DNA from: an uncultured Dehalococcoidia bacterium
GTDB taxonomy: Bacteria > Chloroflexota > Dehalococcoidia > Lucifugimonadales > UBA3495
Direction: 5' to 3'
Assembly: GCA_950072105.1 (NCBI GenBank)
Contig: CATMOE010000005.1
Span: 32,001-96,000 of the forward strand
Length of the DNA stretch: 64,000 nt
The notes beneath the pieces were generated by a model. The model was not told the origin of the DNA and searched no databases. It saw nothing but the letters and a program-made list of their open reading frames with translations. Both the position numbers and the translations under genes were made by a program. Shown here piece after piece: positions 39,082 to 49,676 of the stretch (the stretch's first letter is position 1; each line of letters starts with the position of its first letter).

Positions 39082-39648
39082 TTACTCAAAGAGTTGGACC
39101 ACCGCAAGGTCCAACTCCGGTAATACCCGGGATCGCACCTGCTCCCCCAAGCCGGAAATGCCGAGGCGGACCCAAGACCCTTCGGTCAACCCCAATATCT
39201 CCACGCTTCGCGCTTCGGGTGATACCAACCAGCATTCACTAACTCCAAGCGTTGCGTAGTCGGATAATTTTGCCTCCAAGTCGGAACGGCTATTACTTGG
39301 CGACAGGATCTCCACAACCAGATCGGGGCCCCCATCTACTTGGTCTCCCAGAATGCTCGCGCGTTCGTTGCTGACGAACAGCAAGTCTGGCTGCCGGGTG
39401 CGCAATGGATCTCTCTGGACGATGACATCCACCGGGGCGAACAGGACTTCTCCCACCTGCTGTTCGGAGACGAATTGGTCCAGCTTCCAGAATAGATTTC
39501 CGAGTATCCTTTGATGCGCAACAGTAGGAGTGGGGGCGATAGTCATCACCCCATCGACGATGTCGAATCGGGCTTTGATCTCTGGAGTTTTTAGGTACTC
39601 TTCGTAGGTCAACCGACGTGTTTGTGTGCACATGGTTGCTCTCCTCAT
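39082..39648 (-). CDS. Uma2 family endonuclease
   Basis: HQRI, APVDV, QPDLLFVS, PDLVVEILSPS, YATLGVSECWLV. Confidence 0.93.
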   Translation of the reverse strand: MRRATMCTQTRRLTYEEYLKTPEIKARFDIVDGVMTIAPTPTVAHQRILGNLFWKLDQFVSEQQVGEVLFAPVDVIVQRDPLRTRQPDLLFVSNERASILGDQVDGGPDLVVEILSPSNSRSDLEAKLSDYATLGVSECWLVSPEARSVEILGLTEGSWVRLGISGLGEQVRSRVLPELDLAVVQLFE

Positions 39649-39781
39649 GGAAGGGCGGCGAGCATTAGGCTGTAGGCTGGATATTTAAGGACTGGCGGAC
39701 GATTTTCTGAATTCATCCGCCAACCCTCGATGCTCTAGTTATAGCCAGTTTGATCTGGCATCGCTTTGCGGCCCAGATCCC

Positions 39782-41500
39782 CTAAGTCTCTCCGGCCCGG
39801 CGGGCGTCGGCTCGCCAGTCGTCGGGGCTGGGTCCCCGGTCGATCAGCACGTCGATAACGGCGGGTAGGCCGGAAGCCTGGGCTTGGCGGATGGCGTCGG
39901 GCAAGTCCCTAGAGTCGCCTATCTGGATGCCGAAGGCGCCAAATCCCCGGGCTACTGCCCCGTTGTCTGTGGTCACGAACTCCGATGCGATTCGGCGTCC
40001 TTCGGGTTGATGCTGCCGGACCATGCCCAGCGCGCCGTCGTTGAACACCACGCAGATGATAGGCAGGTCGTACTGAACGGCGGTGGACAGGGCGTTCACC
40101 GTCATCATGTAACCACCGTCTCCAGTGACGCAGACCACGGGACGGTCCTTGTATACCAACTTGAGCCCCACCGCCGCGGGCAAGCCCCAACCCATCCCGG
40201 CAGTCCCACCCGGGCTGAAGAATGTGTTGGCCTGGCGGGCTTGGTACAAGTGCGCCATCCAGGTGCGGTTGTTGCCTGCGTCTAAAGCGAATATCGTGTC
40301 GGCGCTCAGGTTTTCGTTCAATAGCGCAACCAAACGTTGCGGGGTGACGGGAGAGCTTTCCCGGTGCATCTCCGGGTCGTCGTAGAAGGAATTATCCTGT
40401 TTTCGCCGGGGCAGGGCGTCGGCCCACTCCTTTCTGCCCGCGGCTGAGTTGGCGGCTACCGGCCGGGACGCCTCAACCAATTGGGACAGGATACTTCCGG
40501 CATCGCCGATAAGCCCCAATTCCACCGGGAATGTCCAGCCGGCGTTGCGGTCGTCGATGTCGATCTGAATGATCTTCTGGCGGAGCGGGTCGAAGATACT
40601 GGGCCGCTCCCGGACCGTGTCCTGGGGAGTCAACTTGGCGCCCACCACCACCACCGTGTCGGCTTCGCCCACCGACCGGTTGGCGGCTTCCTGGCCGTAC
40701 ACTCCCACCATCCCCACGGACAAGGGATGGGTCTCGGCGATAGCGCTCTTTCCTTTATAGGAGGTAGCCACCGGCATGTTCCAAAGCTCCGCCAGTTCTT
40801 GTAATTGTTGGTGTGACTTGGACATGTGCACGCCGTTGCCGGCCACCAGGACGGGACGTTGCGACTGGGACAGGATATCGATGGCCCGCTGGATGTCTTG
40901 AGGAGCGCTTTGGGGTTTGGCGGTGTTCAGGTATCCGGCGGCATTGTGTATGAACGGGGGAGACTCCAAGTCTACTTCTCCGCTGATAGCCGCTGACCGC
41001 ATGACCACGCAAGCCGGCCCGGGCCTGCCGCTGGTGGCATGCTTGATGGCCAACTGAGTCCCAATGACCGCTTCCTTGGGGTTGGTGGCCAGGGTGGTGT
41101 ATTTGCTCATCGTCTTCAATATCGTGGTGATGTCCATGCTGCCGTACTCTCCGGCCCCGGACTGGTTGGCCGCATGAAAACCCACTCCGCCGTCGGAGGT
41201 GTCGGTTATCACCACCATCGGTGAACTGCTCAGCATGGCCTCCATGATGCCGAAGGTGGCGTTGGATGCCATGAACAAGCCCTGACCCATGATGGCCGCC
41301 GGGCGGCCGGTGGCCCGTCCGTAGGCGTCGGCCATGATGGCCGCTATTTGCTCATGGCGAACCAGGATAGTTTTGATGCGGTCTTCTTTGCCGTAAAGCA
41401 GGTTGTAGATCTGTCCGGTGCCGCCGCCGGGGATACCTATTACGTATTCCACTCCTGCTTCTTCCAGGGTCTGGACGATCAATTCGTCGGCTGTGGGCAT
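39782..41500 (-). CDS. ThDP-dependent enzyme (acetolactate synthase-like family)
   Basis: VRHEQIAAIMADAYGRATG, GMGWGLPAAVG, GDGGYMM...NDGALG. Confidence 0.93.
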   Translation of the reverse strand: MPTADELIVQTLEEAGVEYVIGIPGGGTGQIYNLLYGKEDRIKTILVRHEQIAAIMADAYGRATGRPAAIMGQGLFMASNATFGIMEAMLSSSPMVVITDTSDGGVGFHAANQSGAGEYGSMDITTILKTMSKYTTLATNPKEAVIGTQLAIKHATSGRPGPACVVMRSAAISGEVDLESPPFIHNAAGYLNTAKPQSAPQDIQRAIDILSQSQRPVLVAGNGVHMSKSHQQLQELAELWNMPVATSYKGKSAIAETHPLSVGMVGVYGQEAANRSVGEADTVVVVGAKLTPQDTVRERPSIFDPLRQKIIQIDIDDRNAGWTFPVELGLIGDAGSILSQLVEASRPVAANSAAGRKEWADALPRRKQDNSFYDDPEMHRESSPVTPQRLVALLNENLSADTIFALDAGNNRTWMAHLYQARQANTFFSPGGTAGMGWGLPAAVGLKLVYKDRPVVCVTGDGGYMMTVNALSTAVQYDLPIICVVFNDGALGMVRQHQPEGRRIASEFVTTDNGAVARGFGAFGIQIGDSRDLPDAIRQAQASGLPAVIDVLIDRGPSPDDWRADARRAGET

Positions 41501-41750
41501 AATGTCTCCTTGAAGCTATCAACGTTCGGCTATCAGCATTCAGCCTATAACCGTGCGTCGGTGAGGTTGTTGGGATGATACGACGGGCCCGATAACCGGT
41601 CAAGGCTGGGCAAACTTGCCGTGTGCTTGCCTACGGGGAAGATCGCGTTGATTTCTTGACCCGGTTCAGGCGTGAGCGTATTATCCCAGCAGTCAGCCTG
41701 GACTGTACTGATGGCTGACGGCTGATAGCTGAAATCTTGGAGGACTTACT

Positions 41751-43436
41751 ATGAAGGGCGGAGACGCATTAGTCCGCTGTCTGGAACTGGAAGGAGTGCG
41801 ATACATCACCGGATTTGCTGGGGGTGGGCTTAACGTCTTGTTCCCCGCTCTTCGGACTTCAGAGACGATAAAAGTATTTGCCACCCGCCACGAACGGTTG
41901 GGGGTAGAGGTGGCCGACGGCTATGCTCGAGCCACCGGACAAGTGGGCGTGGCCATGACCGGTAGCGGCCCCGGCGCGACCAACACCCTGACTGGAATAG
42001 CCGGCGCTTACGCCGACAATATACCGGTGCTGTTGCTTATGGGCCAGATCGCGCTACGCAACTTGGGCAAAGAGTACCAGCAGGAAGTTCCTTCCAGCAT
42101 CTTCGACAACCTGGTCAAGTGGAAAGCGACCATCACCCGAGTGGACGAGATTCCCACAATTATGCGCCGTGCCTTCACCAATCTTCGCTCGGGCTCCCCT
42201 GGGCCAGTGGTGATAGAAATGCCTCAGGACATCATGGCCGGCGAGATTTCTGATGAAGACTTTAGCTATACGCCGGTCGGTCCAGGCGCAAAACCGTCGG
42301 CGGCCCCGGCCGACGTTGAAATGGCCGCTGATCTATTGGTAGGGGCAGAGTACCCTGTGTTAAACGTCGGTGGTGGCTGTCTGTCGGCGGACGCCGCCGA
42401 CGAGGTGATGGAGCTGGCCGAGTTGCTGTCCATGCCGGTGGCCAGTTCTCTGGTGGCCAAAGGAATCTTCCCAGAGGACCACCCTTTGTCACTCGGTATG
42501 GGGATCTACCCCCGCAGCAAGTACGCCAGTGGACCGGCTATGCAGATCAACCGCAAGGTCGATGTGGTGTTGGCTGTAGGAAATTCCTATCGGCAACCCA
42601 ACGGCACCGACGGGAGACCCTTCTCCCCTGGCGTGAAACTGATCCACGTCAACGCCGACCCAGCCGACCTGAACAAGACTTATATGGCCGATGTTCCCAT
42701 TCTGGCGGACGCCAAGCTGGCCCTCCGCGACATCATTAACGCCGTCAAAGACCGGGTTGGACCGGGCCGAGGCGGCGCTAAAGAGGAAGTGGTGGCGGAG
42801 ATTCAGCAGGCCAGGGACAAATGGCTGGGCGAGTGGTATTCCGTTTTCACCGATGAATCGACGCCAACCAATGGTTACCGGGTGGTCTATGATCTGATGC
42901 AGTTGGTTGACAAGGACAAGACCGTCGCCATCCATGACGCCGGCGGAAGCCGGGGATACGTCTCCCCCTTCTGGGTTACCACCCGGCCCCGCAACTACGT
43001 TGGAATGGGCGGAATGGCGGCCATGGGTTGGTCCATGGGCGCGGCGGTAGGCGCCAAATTGGGGAAGCCTGACCATCTGGTCGTCCACCTGCTGGGGGAC
43101 GCTTCCTTTGGTATGACGGGCATGGAGGTTGAGACCGCCGTCCGGATGGGCCTCCCAACCCTGACGATAATCGTCAATAACGGTGGCACTGGAGGAGGCT
43201 TGATGGGCATGGAAAGACCGGGCGGCGCTCCTCCCGCCTTCGCTCAACTGGGTGGGAATTTTACGATGGTGGCCCAGGGGCTTGGCGCCCATGCCGAGCG
43301 GGTTGAAGATCCGGCCGAGATAACTCCGGCTCTCAAACGGGCCATCCAGGCCACGGAGAACGGCCAAGCGGCGGTGGTGGAGGTAATGATTAAGCCCATG
43401 CGCACACCTGAAGTCCCCGACGATTGGTCATTGTGA
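41751..43436 (+). CDS. ThDP-dependent enzyme (acetolactate synthase-like family)
   Basis: RHERLGVEVADGYARATG, GPGATN, GDASFGM...NNGG. Confidence 0.93.
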   Translation: MKGGDALVRCLELEGVRYITGFAGGGLNVLFPALRTSETIKVFATRHERLGVEVADGYARATGQVGVAMTGSGPGATNTLTGIAGAYADNIPVLLLMGQIALRNLGKEYQQEVPSSIFDNLVKWKATITRVDEIPTIMRRAFTNLRSGSPGPVVIEMPQDIMAGEISDEDFSYTPVGPGAKPSAAPADVEMAADLLVGAEYPVLNVGGGCLSADAADEVMELAELLSMPVASSLVAKGIFPEDHPLSLGMGIYPRSKYASGPAMQINRKVDVVLAVGNSYRQPNGTDGRPFSPGVKLIHVNADPADLNKTYMADVPILADAKLALRDIINAVKDRVGPGRGGAKEEVVAEIQQARDKWLGEWYSVFTDESTPTNGYRVVYDLMQLVDKDKTVAIHDAGGSRGYVSPFWVTTRPRNYVGMGGMAAMGWSMGAAVGAKLGKPDHLVVHLLGDASFGMTGMEVETAVRMGLPTLTIIVNNGGTGGGLMGMERPGGAPPAFAQLGGNFTMVAQGLGAHAERVEDPAEITPALKRAIQATENGQAAVVEVMIKPMRTPEVPDDWSL

Positions 43437-43452
43437 GGAGCGATTAACTTCC

Positions 43453-44562
43453 ATGAAAAGTATCGAGATCGACCGTAACAAACGCCTTAAAGAAGAACCC
43501 GGTAAGGGTCACAACCGGTGGCATCCCGATATCACGCCGGTGCTGGAGGTGGACCCAGAGGAAGAAGTGCTGTTGGAGACCCGGGACGCATCCGACGAGC
43601 AAGTTAAGCCCCACATGACAGTAGCCGACATGGAGGGCTTCGACGCCAAGGTGGCGCACCCGCTGACCGGGCCGGTTTACATAACCGGAGCATCCCCCGG
43701 GGACCTGCTGGAAGTCGAGTATATTGACGTGATTCCCCAACCTCGAGGTTGGACGCGCAGCAGGCCCGGCGCCGGGTTCCTGCGGGACCTGTTCACCGAG
43801 CCCTACATCGCTCACTGGGAAATGAGCGACGGTTGGGCGACTTCGCCCCAGTTGCCCGGCGTGCGCATACCCAACGGGTCGTTCATGGGCACCGCCGGCA
43901 TCGCGCCGTCTCACGCTCAGTTGGAGGAGTGGACCCGCCGGGAGGCGGACCTGGTGCGGCGAGGCGGAATCGCTCAGCCGCCGGATCCGGAAGATGCGGT
44001 GCCCTCGGGTGGTGACATCGCCGATACCGGCCTGCGCACCATACCGCCCCGAGAAAACTGCGGAAATGTAGATGCTAAGCAATTGACCAAGGGTTCACGG
44101 CTGCTGATACCGGTAAACGTGGACGGGGCCTTGTACTCCGCCGGGGATGGACACTTTGCCCAGGGCGACGGGGAGTGCTGTATCACCGCCATCGAGATGG
44201 GTGCTACAGCGGTGGTTAAGTTCAAGTTGCATAAGGGGGAAGCGGCCCGGCACAACATCAAGTTCCCTCGATTCGCCCATCCCGGCTATTTCATCGCTCC
44301 GGAGTGGGCAGCTCCCCGAAACTTCATCGCCACCATGGGGATGCCCTTCCGGGATGACGGGACCCAGGAAGGCGAAGACCTGACCTTGGCGGCGCGCCAC
44401 GCGTTGATCCAGATGATAGATCTGCTCCAGGAGCGGGGTTGGTCCCGCCAGCAGGCGTATATCATCTGCAGTGTCGCCGTGGATCTAAGAGTTAGCAACA
44501 TTGTGGACCTGCCGAACGTCACCGTGTCGGCCTTCCTCCCCGAAGACATCTTCCAGGGTTAA
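43453..44562 (+). CDS. acetamidase/formamidase family protein
   Basis: HNRWHPDI, HPLTGPV, PPRENCGNVD, GDGHFAQGDGE, AIEM, CSVAVDL. Confidence 0.95.
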   Translation: MKSIEIDRNKRLKEEPGKGHNRWHPDITPVLEVDPEEEVLLETRDASDEQVKPHMTVADMEGFDAKVAHPLTGPVYITGASPGDLLEVEYIDVIPQPRGWTRSRPGAGFLRDLFTEPYIAHWEMSDGWATSPQLPGVRIPNGSFMGTAGIAPSHAQLEEWTRREADLVRRGGIAQPPDPEDAVPSGGDIADTGLRTIPPRENCGNVDAKQLTKGSRLLIPVNVDGALYSAGDGHFAQGDGECCITAIEMGATAVVKFKLHKGEAARHNIKFPRFAHPGYFIAPEWAAPRNFIATMGMPFRDDGTQEGEDLTLAARHALIQMIDLLQERGWSRQQAYIICSVAVDLRVSNIVDLPNVTVSAFLPEDIFQG

Positions 44563-44607
44563 AGGCGGGCAAGGGACCAGAAAGTCCCTTGCCGATCCCA
44601 AGACGAA

Positions 44608-44646
44608 TAAAAAGAGCCCCCGGCATTTGCCGGGGGCTCTTTGTTT
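44608..44646. terminator. bidirectional intrinsic terminator
   Basis: AAAAAGAGCCCCCGGCA-TT-TGCCGGGGGCTCTTTGTTT. Confidence 0.85.
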
Positions 44647-44786
44647 ACATAACACCTGCAGTAGCAATAATGTCGTCCTTGCCGAGCGTTGACAAGGATT
44701 TAAGACCTTGCAGGCTACCTAGGTTCGGTGACCGGCCTTAGTGGGCCTTAAAAGGGCCCACAAGGCCGGGCATCCAAAAACCGTGG

Positions 44787-45011
44787 TTAACTCGCGCGCT
44801 TTACCTCGAGGGTCTCACCCGGCGCCAACGCTACCCGTCGTACATTTATCCCCAACTTCAGCAACCAGTATCCCAGGGTTGCTTTACTCACACCCAACTC
44901 TTCGGCGGTGGCTGACAAGCCGACTTCATTGACCATCTCAGGTAGGAGGCGCTCCAGAGGCCGTTGGTGATCCCGCTCGACTCTTTGCATCAACTTAGTC
45001 TTCCTGGCCAT
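44787..45011 (-). CDS. small helix-turn-helix DNA-binding protein
   Basis: GLSATAEELGVSKATLGYWLLKLGI; GGAGG RBS. Confidence 0.85.
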   Translation of the reverse strand: MARKTKLMQRVERDHQRPLERLLPEMVNEVGLSATAEELGVSKATLGYWLLKLGINVRRVALAPGETLEVKRAS

Positions 45012-45202
45012 AATGTACCTCCAATGTACTGAAGTGGACTCTCGGTGTACCGAGGTGTAAACACATTAGCATATATTTGTGTTAATTGTCAACATTTGTT
45101 TAAAAAAGTTTTAAGCTTTTCCTAAACAAAACTAGAACACGTAGCTAAATGCGCCTTGTTTCCGATTGACCCGCCTTTGCGGCGCTGCTAAACTCGGGCC
45201 TT

Positions 45203-45889
45203 ATGGAAATCATTGAAACCATAGAAATTCTGTTTCTGGGAATCATTACTCAGGTCTACGGCGCTATCGGATGGCCCGGTGTGGTGTTTCTAATGGCCAT
45301 TGAAAGCGCGGCCATACCTTTCCCCAGCGAGTTGATCATGCCCCTTGCCGGTTGGCTATTGATCCAGGCTAAAGGCGGAAGTGTGTGGTGGGTGCTATTA
45401 GCTGGGTTTTACGGCGGCATGGGGAACCTGCTGGGCTCGTGGGTGGCTTATTGGATTAGCATGAAGGGGGGACGGCCCCTTTTGCTGAAATATGGCAAAT
45501 ATGTACTGATGAGCAAGGACGAGGTTGATAAAGCCGAGATCTGGTTCAATAAGTACGGTGAGTGGGCCGTCTTCATCGGCCGGTTGCTGCCGGTAGTGCG
45601 TACATTCATCAGCATCCCCGCTGGGTTGGCCAGGATGAATCTTTGGCGCTTCTCCCTATATACCTTCGCCGGTTCCTTTATATGGAGTCTTGGATTGGCT
45701 TACGGCGGCTTTTTGTTAGGCGAAAACTGGGAGGACCTGCGGGCCGTGATGCGGCCCTTCGATATCCCTATCTTGCTCATTCTGGCTGCCGGGGCGATCT
45801 GGTTGTTGGTGCACCGCATCAAGTCGATTCGGGCTCAGAATAGGACTTATGACGCAACTGATGGGACACCCGGCTCGCTGGACGAGTGA
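45203..45889 (+). CDS. DedA family membrane protein
   Basis: MAIESAAIPFPSELIMPLAG, FIGRLLPVVRTFISIPAG. Confidence 0.95.
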   Translation: MEIIETIEILFLGIITQVYGAIGWPGVVFLMAIESAAIPFPSELIMPLAGWLLIQAKGGSVWWVLLAGFYGGMGNLLGSWVAYWISMKGGRPLLLKYGKYVLMSKDEVDKAEIWFNKYGEWAVFIGRLLPVVRTFISIPAGLARMNLWRFSLYTFAGSFIWSLGLAYGGFLLGENWEDLRAVMRPFDIPILLILAAGAIWLLVHRIKSIRAQNRTYDATDGTPGSLDE

Positions 45890-46012
45890 TCCTAAGTTCT
45901 TCCTTGAGCCAACCGAGGGCATGATACCCGCCTCGATTGACACCTCCAGACCGGTAACCTAAGCTGGTTGTACTCCAACCGCCAACCGAATTTAAACCGT
46001 GTCTAACGAGGA

Positions 46013-46987
46013 ATGAGGATGCAAGCGCCCACCCTTCGGGACGTGTACGAAGCCAAGAAAACCATCGCGCCCTACTTACCTAGGACTCCGTTACACTTTT
46101 CTCTAGGAATCAGCGACTTCTTGGACGCACAGGTCTATTTGAAACACGACGAGTATCTACCTCTGGGAGCATTCAAAGCCAGGGGAGGAGTCAACCTGTT
46201 GGCCCATCTGAGCGATGAGGAACGCGGCCGCGGGGTTATTACCGCTTCCACCGGCAACCATGGCCAGTCCATCGCCTATGCCTGCGGATTGTTCGGCGCC
46301 CGGGCACTTATCGTGCTACCGGAGGAAGCTAATCCGGTAAAGGTAGCCGCCATGCGGGCCTTGGGCGCCGAGTTGATCTTCCATGGGCAAAACTTCGATG
46401 AGGCTAAGGACTATTGCGAGCGGTTGGCCGCCGAGGAGGGCTACCGATACGCGCACCCGGCTAATGAACCCCTGCTCATCGCCGGAGTCGCCACTCAGAC
46501 ATTGGAAGTTATTGAGGACCTGCCCGACGTGGAGGTTATCGTCGCTCCCATGGGCGGGGGCAGCGGCGTTTCCGGCGCATGTCTGGTGGCCAAATCGGTG
46601 GACCCTAACATCCAGGTCGTGGCGGTTCAATCGGAAGCCGCACCCGGTGGTTACCGGTATTGGAAGGAAGGGCGGCCGGTGGAATCTGCAGTGGAGACCT
46701 TTGCTGAAGGGTTGGCCACCAAAGTAGGCTACGACCTGCCCCAGTCGATCCTCCGGGAGCTTCTCGACGACTTTATCCTGGTGAGCGACGATGAGATCCG
46801 TTCGGCCATGGGCTTACTGGTGGAGAAGGCTCACACCTTGGCGGAAGGCGCGGGAGCGGCAGCCACTGCCGGCGCCGTGAAGATCAAGGACCGACTGAAG
46901 GGTAAAAAGGTAGCGATTACAGTCAGTGGGGCCAACGCCACAGTGTCCCGGTTGATAGACGCTTTCCAAGTGTACCAGAAGGAGTAG
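46013..46987 (+). CDS. threonine/serine dehydratase family PLP enzyme
   Basis: GAFKARG, ASTGNHGQS, PMGGGSG, AEGAGA, SGAN. Confidence 0.92.
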   Translation: MRMQAPTLRDVYEAKKTIAPYLPRTPLHFSLGISDFLDAQVYLKHDEYLPLGAFKARGGVNLLAHLSDEERGRGVITASTGNHGQSIAYACGLFGARALIVLPEEANPVKVAAMRALGAELIFHGQNFDEAKDYCERLAAEEGYRYAHPANEPLLIAGVATQTLEVIEDLPDVEVIVAPMGGGSGVSGACLVAKSVDPNIQVVAVQSEAAPGGYRYWKEGRPVESAVETFAEGLATKVGYDLPQSILRELLDDFILVSDDEIRSAMGLLVEKAHTLAEGAGAAATAGAVKIKDRLKGKKVAITVSGANATVSRLIDAFQVYQKE

Positions 46988-47012
46988 GGTAACCCTTTGG
47001 TGTAAGCGTGAG

Positions 47013-48029
47013 TTACTCGCTAGCGGACATGTATCGGGCCAACTCGTCACGGCTGAACTCGGGCAATGGCGTTTCCCCATGGAGTTCGACCATCTGAAGG
47101 CCTTCGGCGGCATCCATCATCGTCCCTATCTCAAACCCGTCGATTCCCTCTTGTTCCAAGGCCGTCAGCAATCCAGGTACATCGGGGGTGGGCAAAGTGA
47201 TTAGCAGCGCACCCGAAGCCAGCAACCCCATTGGGTCCAAGCCCAGAACTCGGCAAACCTCCTGACACTCGGGCAAGATTGGCACACTGCCTTCCTCGAT
47301 GGCCAGCCCCAGCCCAGAGGCCTTTGCAACCTCTCTCAGGCCGGTAACCAACCCCCCTTCGGTAACGTCGTGCATGGAATGAACCTGGCTTGAGGCACAG
47401 GCGATGCGGGCGTCGTTGAGTACACTTATACCCGGTACACTTAATAGGGAGGCGGCTTGATCTATCTCCCCTTGAGTCATCCCGCCCTGAAGCAGGGCGG
47501 CTGGGCGCTCCCGGGCCAGTAACGCCGTTCCCTCAATGGCGATGCCCTTGGTTAGCACGATGCTGTCGCCGTCTTGGGCGCCGCCGGTAAGAATCAACCG
47601 GTCTTGCTCAACTTCTCCCAGCATCGTCCCCATGATGATCGGCCGGTCGATGCCGTAGGTCACCTCGCTATGTCCTCCCACCAGGGAGACATTCAGGGAG
47701 CGGCAGGCATCCAAGATCTGGTCGAACACCGCCTCAGCTTCGTCTTCGGTGAACCGTTCCGGCACCAACAGGGTGGCCAGGAACCACTTGGGGATCCCTC
47801 CGGTGCAAGCAACGTCGTTGGCGTTGACCTGAACGGCATACCAGCCTATCCGGTCGGTGGCGAAAGTTACCGGGTCGCTCTTGGCCACCAGTAAGCTTCC
47901 CCCAGTTTGTAGCACCGCTGTATCCTCGCCCACCCGGGGTCCCACCACCACTCGGGGGTCGGTAATGTCTACCTTGGCCAGGATCTTCTCCAGCAGGGCC
48001 GCCGGGAACTTTCCTACTTCCAAAGTCAA
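47013..48029 (-). CDS. AIR synthase/HypE-like family protein
   Basis: GEDTAV, SDPVT, NANDVA, VGGHSE, MHDVTEGGL. Confidence 0.88.
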   Translation of the reverse strand: MTLEVGKFPAALLEKILAKVDITDPRVVVGPRVGEDTAVLQTGGSLLVAKSDPVTFATDRIGWYAVQVNANDVACTGGIPKWFLATLLVPERFTEDEAEAVFDQILDACRSLNVSLVGGHSEVTYGIDRPIIMGTMLGEVEQDRLILTGGAQDGDSIVLTKGIAIEGTALLARERPAALLQGGMTQGEIDQAASLLSVPGISVLNDARIACASSQVHSMHDVTEGGLVTGLREVAKASGLGLAIEEGSVPILPECQEVCRVLGLDPMGLLASGALLITLPTPDVPGLLTALEQEGIDGFEIGTMMDAAEGLQMVELHGETPLPEFSRDELARYMSASE

Positions 48030-48317
48030 CTCCTTGGATATATTTAGTTCCAGTTCGCCGTTGCCCGGTCCTTCTAAAGGCCCAGCCGCCGGCTCCGGGG
48101 GTGAGCTTGCCGTGGGCCCGCCGGCCAGACACTAGCGGACGAACGAATCCTGTTTTCGTATCCTGGCGTAGCTTCAGGTATAACGGATGTTACTGGAACA
48201 CTAGAATAGTCGAATTATAACGGTACATAACCTGTCTTGGGCCCGGGTTCCTTGTAGTCCGTTAGAGATTGTGATAAAAATAACAAAGTGGGATCTTCCG
48301 TAGATTAAGGAGAAACG

Positions 48318-49145
48318 GTGTTACAAGTAACCCTAAAACTAACCGGTATTTTCGCGGTCGTGTCGTTCTTGGCCATAGCGTGTGGTGGCGGCGATGTCCC
48401 GACGCAAGCTCCGCAGAATACAACAGCTCCGCCTGACGTCTCTTTCGGCCAACCGGGCGGCCCGATACCGCCCCACGCTTTCGTGGGGACAGTGACCGTT
48501 GACGGAGCGACTGCTGTCGATGGCACCCAGGTTACGGCATTTCTGGAAGGCGTACCGGATTCGGTGGCGGGGACCACGGTTACCGATGGCCGCTACGTTA
48601 TTAAAATAGTCCAACGTAGCAGCACCCTCTTCGCCGATCGAAAGATAATCTTCAAGATTGGCGGACGGGACGGCAGCCCCACGGCTGTCTGGACCTCCGG
48701 GGAGGCCACTGAGTTGAACCTGTTGGTTGGCTCGGGCGCTCCGCCCGCGGTAAATGCTCCGCCCCCGGTCGATGTTCCGGCAGGAGCGCTTGCGATTTCC
48801 ACCGAAGGTGACACGCTGAAATTCGACCAAGCCAGCCTGGAGGCCAAAGCCGGGTCCACGATTACGGTGGTTTTCCAGAACGCCTCCACCATCAATCAGC
48901 ACAACTGGGTGTTGGTGCAGTCAGGAACGAAAGATGAGGTGGCCGCCGCCGGGACCGAAGCGGGAGCCGAAGCTCACTGGATCCCCCGTAGCGACGACCG
49001 AGTGCTCGCGAAATCTGGCCTGCTGGAGCCCGGTGGGACTCAGGGAGTCAGGTTTACCGTGCCGGCCGCCGGTACCTACCAATTCGTATGCACTTTCCCT
49101 GGTCACAATTTCACCATGTTCGGTGACTTTGTAGCGACCCCGTAA
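48318..49145 (+). CDS. azurin/auracyanin-like blue-copper lipoprotein with an extra N-terminal domain
   Basis: lipobox LAIA-C; HNWVL and CTFPGH...M type-1 Cu ligands. Confidence 0.9.
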   Translation: MLQVTLKLTGIFAVVSFLAIACGGGDVPTQAPQNTTAPPDVSFGQPGGPIPPHAFVGTVTVDGATAVDGTQVTAFLEGVPDSVAGTTVTDGRYVIKIVQRSSTLFADRKIIFKIGGRDGSPTAVWTSGEATELNLLVGSGAPPAVNAPPPVDVPAGALAISTEGDTLKFDQASLEAKAGSTITVVFQNASTINQHNWVLVQSGTKDEVAAAGTEAGAEAHWIPRSDDRVLAKSGLLEPGGTQGVRFTVPAAGTYQFVCTFPGHNFTMFGDFVATP

Positions 49146-49296
49146 GCCTTGGCCGCGTTAGGACTGCAAGAATTGATATGTCTCTGCCCAGGCCAGATAA
49201 CTTGTGCTAATAGGCGGTCAGAGCCGGTTTACAAGCCTAGAGGACCTCTGATACGATGTTTCCATGGGCCCTAAGTTAACCCCCAGCTACTTGCGT

Positions 49297-49374
49297 GGCG
49301 CGTTCGTCTAGTTGGCCCAGGACACCGCCCTCTCAAGGCGGAGATCGCGGGTTCGAATCCCGCACGCGCTACCA
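49297..49374 (+). tRNA. tRNA-Glu (CTC)
   Basis: GGCGCGT/ACGCGCT acceptor, CCGCC-CTCTCAA-GGCGG anticodon arm, GGTTCGAATCC, ACCA end. Confidence 0.96.
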
Positions 49375-49388
49375 ATCGTTGAATCTCG

Positions 49389-49424
49389 AAAAGGCCCCCG
49401 GAATACACCGGGGGCCTTTCAATT
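49389..49424 (+). terminator. terminator after tRNA-Glu
   Basis: AAAGGCCCCCGG...CCGGGGGCCTTT. Confidence 0.85.
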
Positions 49425-49676
49425 TGGGTCTTGTTAACATAAACACAGATCGGTTTTATCTCCCGGATGATCTACGCCCCGATCTGAAATTACATGCATC
49501 ATCCGGCGGGCTGAACGATCGCGGAACCCGGCGGCTCGGTGGCCGGACAAAACTTTCTCCTCTACCTTTGGTGGCTAGGCGGAAACCGTTTATCGATACG
49601 AGTTGAGGCTGAGCGGCCAGTGTGATTAGTCGCGACGGTCTTCTTTCGCAGCCGAGGTTATCGCTTGTCCTCGGGC

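Noticed and set aside
47013..48029. AIR-synthase-fold gene as selenophosphate synthetase (selD), given tRNA-Sec
   Set aside because: Lacks the N-terminal Cys/Sec-x-x-Lys motif and DFF signature of SelD
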